Assembly (NCBI RefSeq): GCF_009914755.1
Contig: NC_060926.1
DNA from: the human T2T-CHM13v2.0 reference genome, Homo sapiens
Reading direction: 5' to 3' (one strand)
DNA length: 64,000 bases
Shown: piece after piece, positions 58,693 to 64,000 of the stretch
How the letters are laid out: each line of letters begins with the position of its first letter
Position numbering within the stretch: position 1 is the first letter of the stretch
Notes under the pieces: model-generated
What the model saw: the letters and a program-made list of their open reading frames with translations, nothing else
Databases searched by the model: none
What the model was told of the DNA's origin: nothing
Program-made: the position numbers and the translations under genes

Positions 58693-59449
58693 GATTCTCA
58701 AAATACTTACTTATCTGATCAGTCCTCCTGTTGCTACCAATATCCCCTCCCCAGCAGAGGCCCTCTTCACCCCATCCAGGCTATAACACACCCCACCCCT
58801 GCAATCTCCTTAATCTGCCCACTTAATAACCCTCAGAAAAGAAGGAAGAGCACTGAGCTTTTCTAGCAAATACTCCTTAGGCTGCTCAGAATTCCTGCCC
58901 CCTTCCTAGTTTGCTCCTAAGTTCCAGATGACAAAGGAGGCTGGAAACCTGTCTACTGGATAAAGGGGCTGCCACTTTAATACAGAATCTTAGCCATACC
59001 TCAGGGGAGCTCAGTGATTAGGAACATCAGGTTGGGGACAGGGTTAAAGCTGCAGTTGCAGGGGATTGATAAAACAACCTTTGCCTGTCAAGGACTGGGA
59101 CAGCAGGTGGTGATAAGGAAGCTGATGAAGATCAGAAAGGGGCTAAAGACCCCACTCATCCCACACCCCCACATGCTTGGCACTTTCAACTACATTAAGA
59201 GATCTGCTGTAGAACTCATATCTAGTTTGATAAAAACCGGAGGGACTTTGGACAACATCAAATGAAAGCAGCAGGGAGGGTGTGCAGCCACAATATGGAA
59301 GTAGTGACTTTTTAACTGGAAAGAGTGGAAATTTTTCTCTACAAGACTCAGGTGCTTTTGCAAAGGTCAGGACATTTTATGTCAAGACCAACCCAGCCCC
59401 TTCAACTGGTGGGAAAGTGGACAGAGCAGCCATCAGAAAGCCACAGGGG

Positions 59450-61117
59450 TGCTTCCGGTTTCAGCTCCAACATGCAAAGAGCTTGGAAGTTATCACTCCC
59501 ATATATATGACAAAGACAAGGTGAACAAATTGAAAAGCCATGATTTTTCTCAGACTATTCAGAGAACGAAGGGCATAGGTTAAACCACAACCTCGAAATG
59601 TAGAGAGAGATGGAAGAATCCAGAGACAGCCAAGATCAGCTTCCCTGGAGCAGTTTATAGCTTCTGCTGGAGCCATAAATCGTAGGAATATTTAAATGGT
59701 GATTTTTGGCAACTTGCTGGAGGCTGAGTGTGTAAGAAGAGTAAGAAACTCTTGAAAGCCACAGTCTCTAGGGTACCCCACAACTTGCATAGGTTTTAAC
59801 ACCAGGAACCCCGCCAGGTTCTCACCGTGAAGAGCCAGGGAAGATCCTCTTTGGCCCTTTCAGGGCAAAGGGAAAAGTAATCATTGTTCAATATCCTCAG
59901 GCCGTTCTCCATTAATAAAGGCCAACGCACCAGAGAAGTATTTTCTTTATTATTATTATTATTATACTTTAAGTTTTAGGGTACATGTGCACAATGTGCA
60001 GGTTTGTTACATATGTATACATGTGCCATGTTGGTGTGCTGCACCCATTAACTCGTCATTTAGCATTAGGTATATCTCCTAATGCTATCTCCCCCCCCCC
60101 CTCCCCCCACCCCACAACAGTCCCCGGTGTGTGATGTTCTCCTTCCTGTGTCCATGTGTTCTCATTGTTCAATTCCCACCTATGAGTGAAAACATGCGGT
60201 GTTTGGTTTTTTGTCCTTGCGATAGTTTGCTGAGAATGATGGTTTCCAGTTTCATCCATGTCCCTACAAAGGACATGAACTCATCATTTTTTATGGCTGC
60301 ATGGTATTCCATGGTGTATATGTGCCACATTTTCTTAATCCAGTCTATCATTGTTGGACATTGGGGTTGTGGAAGTCAGTGTGGTGATTCCTCAGGGATC
60401 TAGAACTAGAAATACCATTTGACCCAGCCAGAGAAGTATTTTCTAGAGCCTTTTCCACCCTCCCTGGCCCATGCAAAAAGGGCATTTCTCATTAACTAGA
60501 GAAAGTCTTCTCTAGTCAGTAAGAAAGCTAACTCCATCTAGCTTTCTTGTCTCATTAGGGATGTAAGGGTAGGAGGAACAGAAATCACTTGTGAAGGTCA
60601 CACCGAGGGACACAGGCCCATGGAAGACTGAGATTTATGCTACTATTATAGAACTCTTCCCCTCCCCCATACCTGACCACCACACCAACAGGCTCCAGTA
60701 TAATGACAGTAACGACAGCTGGAAGTATGGCAAGACTCAGACTCTATTTGAGAAAGAGTTCTTTTTTTGTTGTTTTAAATTTTTTTATGTTTTTAGTTTT
60801 CTGTAGAGATGGGGATCTCTCTATGTTGCCCAGGCTAGTCTCGAACTCCTAGGCTCAGACAATTCTCCCACCTTGACATCTCATAGTGCTGAGATCACAG
60901 GCGTGAGCCACAGTGCTCAGCCAAGGAGTTCTTAAAGAAGCCCAAAGACAAATGGAGAGACCATAACAAGGACACCTGAGGAATCTGAACACTCTGTCAC
61001 CTACAACTACAGTGAAGATGAAACACAGCCCAAGTCTGAGCCAGAATAACACAAAACTCATACTTCAGGACTATTTTCTCAGTTCCTATTACCCAAAATA
61101 TTATGTCTGGCTTTTGA

Positions 61118-61150
<33 letters not shown>

Positions 61151-62760
61151 ATAATGCACGCTACAACAAAGTCTGAAGAGGTAAAGTAAGCATTGGAATG
61201 AAACTCATATGACACAACCTTGGAATTATCAGACAGAATTTAAAATAACTGCAATAAATAAGGGCTCTAATGAAGAAGGTAAACAATATGCAAGAACAGA
61301 TGGGTAAACAGAGAGATGGAAACTCTGAGGAAGAATTAATAAGAAATCCTAGACGTGAAAAGAAAATCAAGGAAAAATGAAGACTGCCTTTGATGGGCTC
61401 ATCAGCAGCATGGACACAGTCAAGGAAAAAAATCAGTGAGCTAGAAGATAAGTCAATAGAAACTTCCCAAACTGAAAAGCAAAGTGAGAGAGAGGGGGAG
61501 AGAGAGAGAGAGAGAGAGAGACAGCACAAGGAATAGAACATCCAGCAACTGTGGAACAATTCCAAAAGGTACAAGATGTACGTAATTGGAATAATAGGAG
61601 AAGAGATAGTAATCATTTGAAGCGATAATGGTCAGGGATTTTCCAAAATTAATGACAGACACCAAACCACAGATCGAAAAAGAACAGAGAACACTAAGCA
61701 AAATAAATGTCAAAAAAAATTGGTAAATCATATTCAAATTGCAGAAATGAAAGATGAAGAGAATGTTCTAAAAGAAGCCATAGGGGGAAAAAACAGCTTG
61801 AGGAACAAAGATAAGAATTACTGCAGACTTCTCATTTTAAAAAGCCTGCGAACAAGAGAGTGGGGTAAAATATTTCAAATGTTTAAAGGAAAAAAAAACC
61901 TAGAATTCTATATCCAGTGAAATTATCCTTCAAAATTGAAGAAATAACGGCTTCCTTAAACAAAAACTGAGAAAATAATTTCCAGCAGACCTAATTAGCA
62001 AAAAATGTTAAATGAAATTATTCAGAGAGAAAGAAAATGACATAGGTCAGCAACCGAAATTTATATAAAGGAAATGTGTCTGAGAATAAAGGTAAAATAA
62101 AATATTTTATTTTTCTTATTCTCCATAGATCAAAAAGATAATCGTCTAAAGTAGTAATAGTAAGAATGTACTGGGTGATTACAGCACATGGATAAGTGAC
62201 ATGAATAATAGTAAAGTCATAAAAATGGCAGAGAAGACTTGGAAATACTCTGTTATTTAAAAAAAAAAAATGCACCTGCATTTAGACTGGGCCCAGTGGC
62301 ACAAACCTGTAATCCCAGCACTTTGGGAATATCACTTGAGGCCAAGAATTTGAGACCACCCTGGGCAACAAAGTGAAATCCCATCTCACTTTTTACATTT
62401 TTCACAAAAAATGTAAAAATTAGCCAGGCATAATTGCATGCACCTGCAGTCCCAGCTACTTAAAAGGTTGAGGTGAAAAGACTGCATTAGCCCAAGAGTT
62501 TGAGGCCACAGTGAGCTATGATTGATCACACTGCTGTACTCCAGCCTGGATGACACAGTGAGACCTTGTCTCAAAAAAATAAATAAAGCCTGCATTCAAT
62601 GTGAAACAGTATAGTATTGTTTGAAGGTTGATGTAGATTAATTTAGAATTTATATTGTAAACCTTAAGACAACTACTACAAATTTTTTTAAGGAAGTATA
62701 GTTGACATGCTAAAGACAGCAAATAGAATCATTTACTTAATTAAATCAATTAAAACCAGA
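59450..62760 (+). mobile_element. Old L1M 5' UTR/ORF1 remnants, interrupted by L1PA and Alus
   Basis: A-rich ORF1-like sequence (aacctagaattctatatccagtgaaattatccttcaaaa...; aaaatcagtgagctagaagata). Confidence 0.6.
59947..60427 (-). mobile_element. Young L1PA (L1PA3-like) 3' fragment with short 5' inversion
   Basis: Canonical L1PA 3' UTR, inverted segment at about 60367-60427, perfect 17-bp TSD ccagagaagtattttct (59930-59946 and 60428-60444). Confidence 0.92.
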
Positions 62761-63092
62761 GAAGGCAGAAAAAGAAAGGTTTTAAAAAAAGAAAGAACAA
62801 AGCAATGAATAAAAAAGAGATGGTTGCTCGCACCTGTAATCCCAACACTTTGGGAGGCTGAAGTGGGCGGAGTACCTGAGGTCAGGAGTTCAAGACCAGC
62901 TTGACCAACATGGTGAAACCCCATTTCTATTAAAAATACAAAATTAGCCAGGTGTGGTGGCAGGGGCTACTCAGGAGGCTGAGGCAGGAGAATCGCTTGA
63001 AACCATAGGGTAGATGTTGCAGTGAGCTGAGATCACACCATTGCTTTCCAGCCTGGGCAACAAGAGCAAAACTCCATCTCAAAAAAAAAAGA
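62285..63092 (+). mobile_element. Two Alus (62285-62587 AluJ-like; 62822-63092)
   Basis: Alu motifs with A tails. Confidence 0.85.
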
Positions 63093-63099
63093 GAGAGAC

Positions 63100-64000
63100 T
63101 TAGACTGCCAAACAATAGTGGGAGATTATAACACCCCACTGTCAGTATTAGATCAACAAGACAGAAAATTAACAAGGATATTCAGGACTTGAACTCAGGT
63201 CTGAACCAAGTGGACCTACTAGACATCTACAGAACTCTCTACCCCAAATCAACAGTGTATACATTCTTCTCAGTGCCACACGGCACTTATTCTAAAATTG
63301 ACCACATAATTGGAAGTAAAACACTCCTCAGCAAATACAAAAGAACTAAAATCATAACACACAGTCTCTCAGGCCACAGTGCAATCAAACCAGAACTCAG
63401 GATTAAGAAACTCAACCAAAACCACACAATTTCATGGAAATTGAACAATCTGTTCCTGAAAGACTCCTGGGTAAATTATGAAATTACAGCAGAAATCAAG
63501 TTCTTTGAAACCAATGAGAACAAAAAGACAACGTACCAGAATCTCTGAGACACAGCTAAAGCAGTGTTAAGAGGGAAATTTATAGCACTTAATCCTCACA
63601 TCAGAAAGCTAGAAAGATCTCAAATCAATACCCTAACATCACAATTAAAAGAGCTAGAGAAGCAAGGGAAAACTGTTCCAAAAGCTAGCAGAAGACAAGA
63701 AATAACTAAGATCAGAGAAGAAGTGGAGGAGATAGAGACACGAAAAACCATCCAAAAAAAAAAAAAATCTATGAATCCAGAAGATGGTTTTTTGAAAAAA
63801 TTAACAAGACCACTAGCTAGACTAATAAAGAAGAGAGAGAAGAATCAAATAGACACAATAAAAAATGATAAAGGGGATATCACCACTGATCCCACAAAAA
63901 TACAAACTGCCATCAGAGAATACTATAAATAGTTCCACACAAATAAACTAGAAAATCTAGACAAAATGGATAAATTTCTGGACGCATACCATCTACCAAG
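63100..64000 (+). mobile_element. L1PA ORF2 fragment (endonuclease C-terminal region), degraded, runs off the window
   Basis: [34 protein letters not shown] and [21 protein letters not shown] in stop-interrupted frames. Confidence 0.93.

Noticed and set aside
63189-63932. Endonuclease-like ORFs
   Set aside because: Stop-interrupted L1 ORF2 fragment, not an active element or host gene

Overview
Human/hominid genomic DNA lying wholly inside TBC1D8 (Rab-GAP with two GRAM domains and a TBC domain), transcribed on the minus strand. Eight coding exons (probably exons 2-9; exon 1 lies beyond the right edge) were located by GT-AG sites, phase-consistent joins and recognisable peptide. Exon 2 has two in-frame donors 45 nt apart that look like a tandem duplication of the exon end. 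The rest is repeat-rich intron: about 45 Alus, several L1 fragments (two with 5' inversions and TSDs), MaLR/ERV1 LTRs and DNA transposons. A near-complete Tigger1 hosts a BBIP1 processed pseudogene, an MSTB LTR containing MER1B, and Alus. Gene and repeat identities come from recognition, not searches; repeat subfamilies and ends are approximate. No new multi-gene system is evident. The best leads are the duplicated exon-2 end and the BBIP1 retrocopy 3' UTR.
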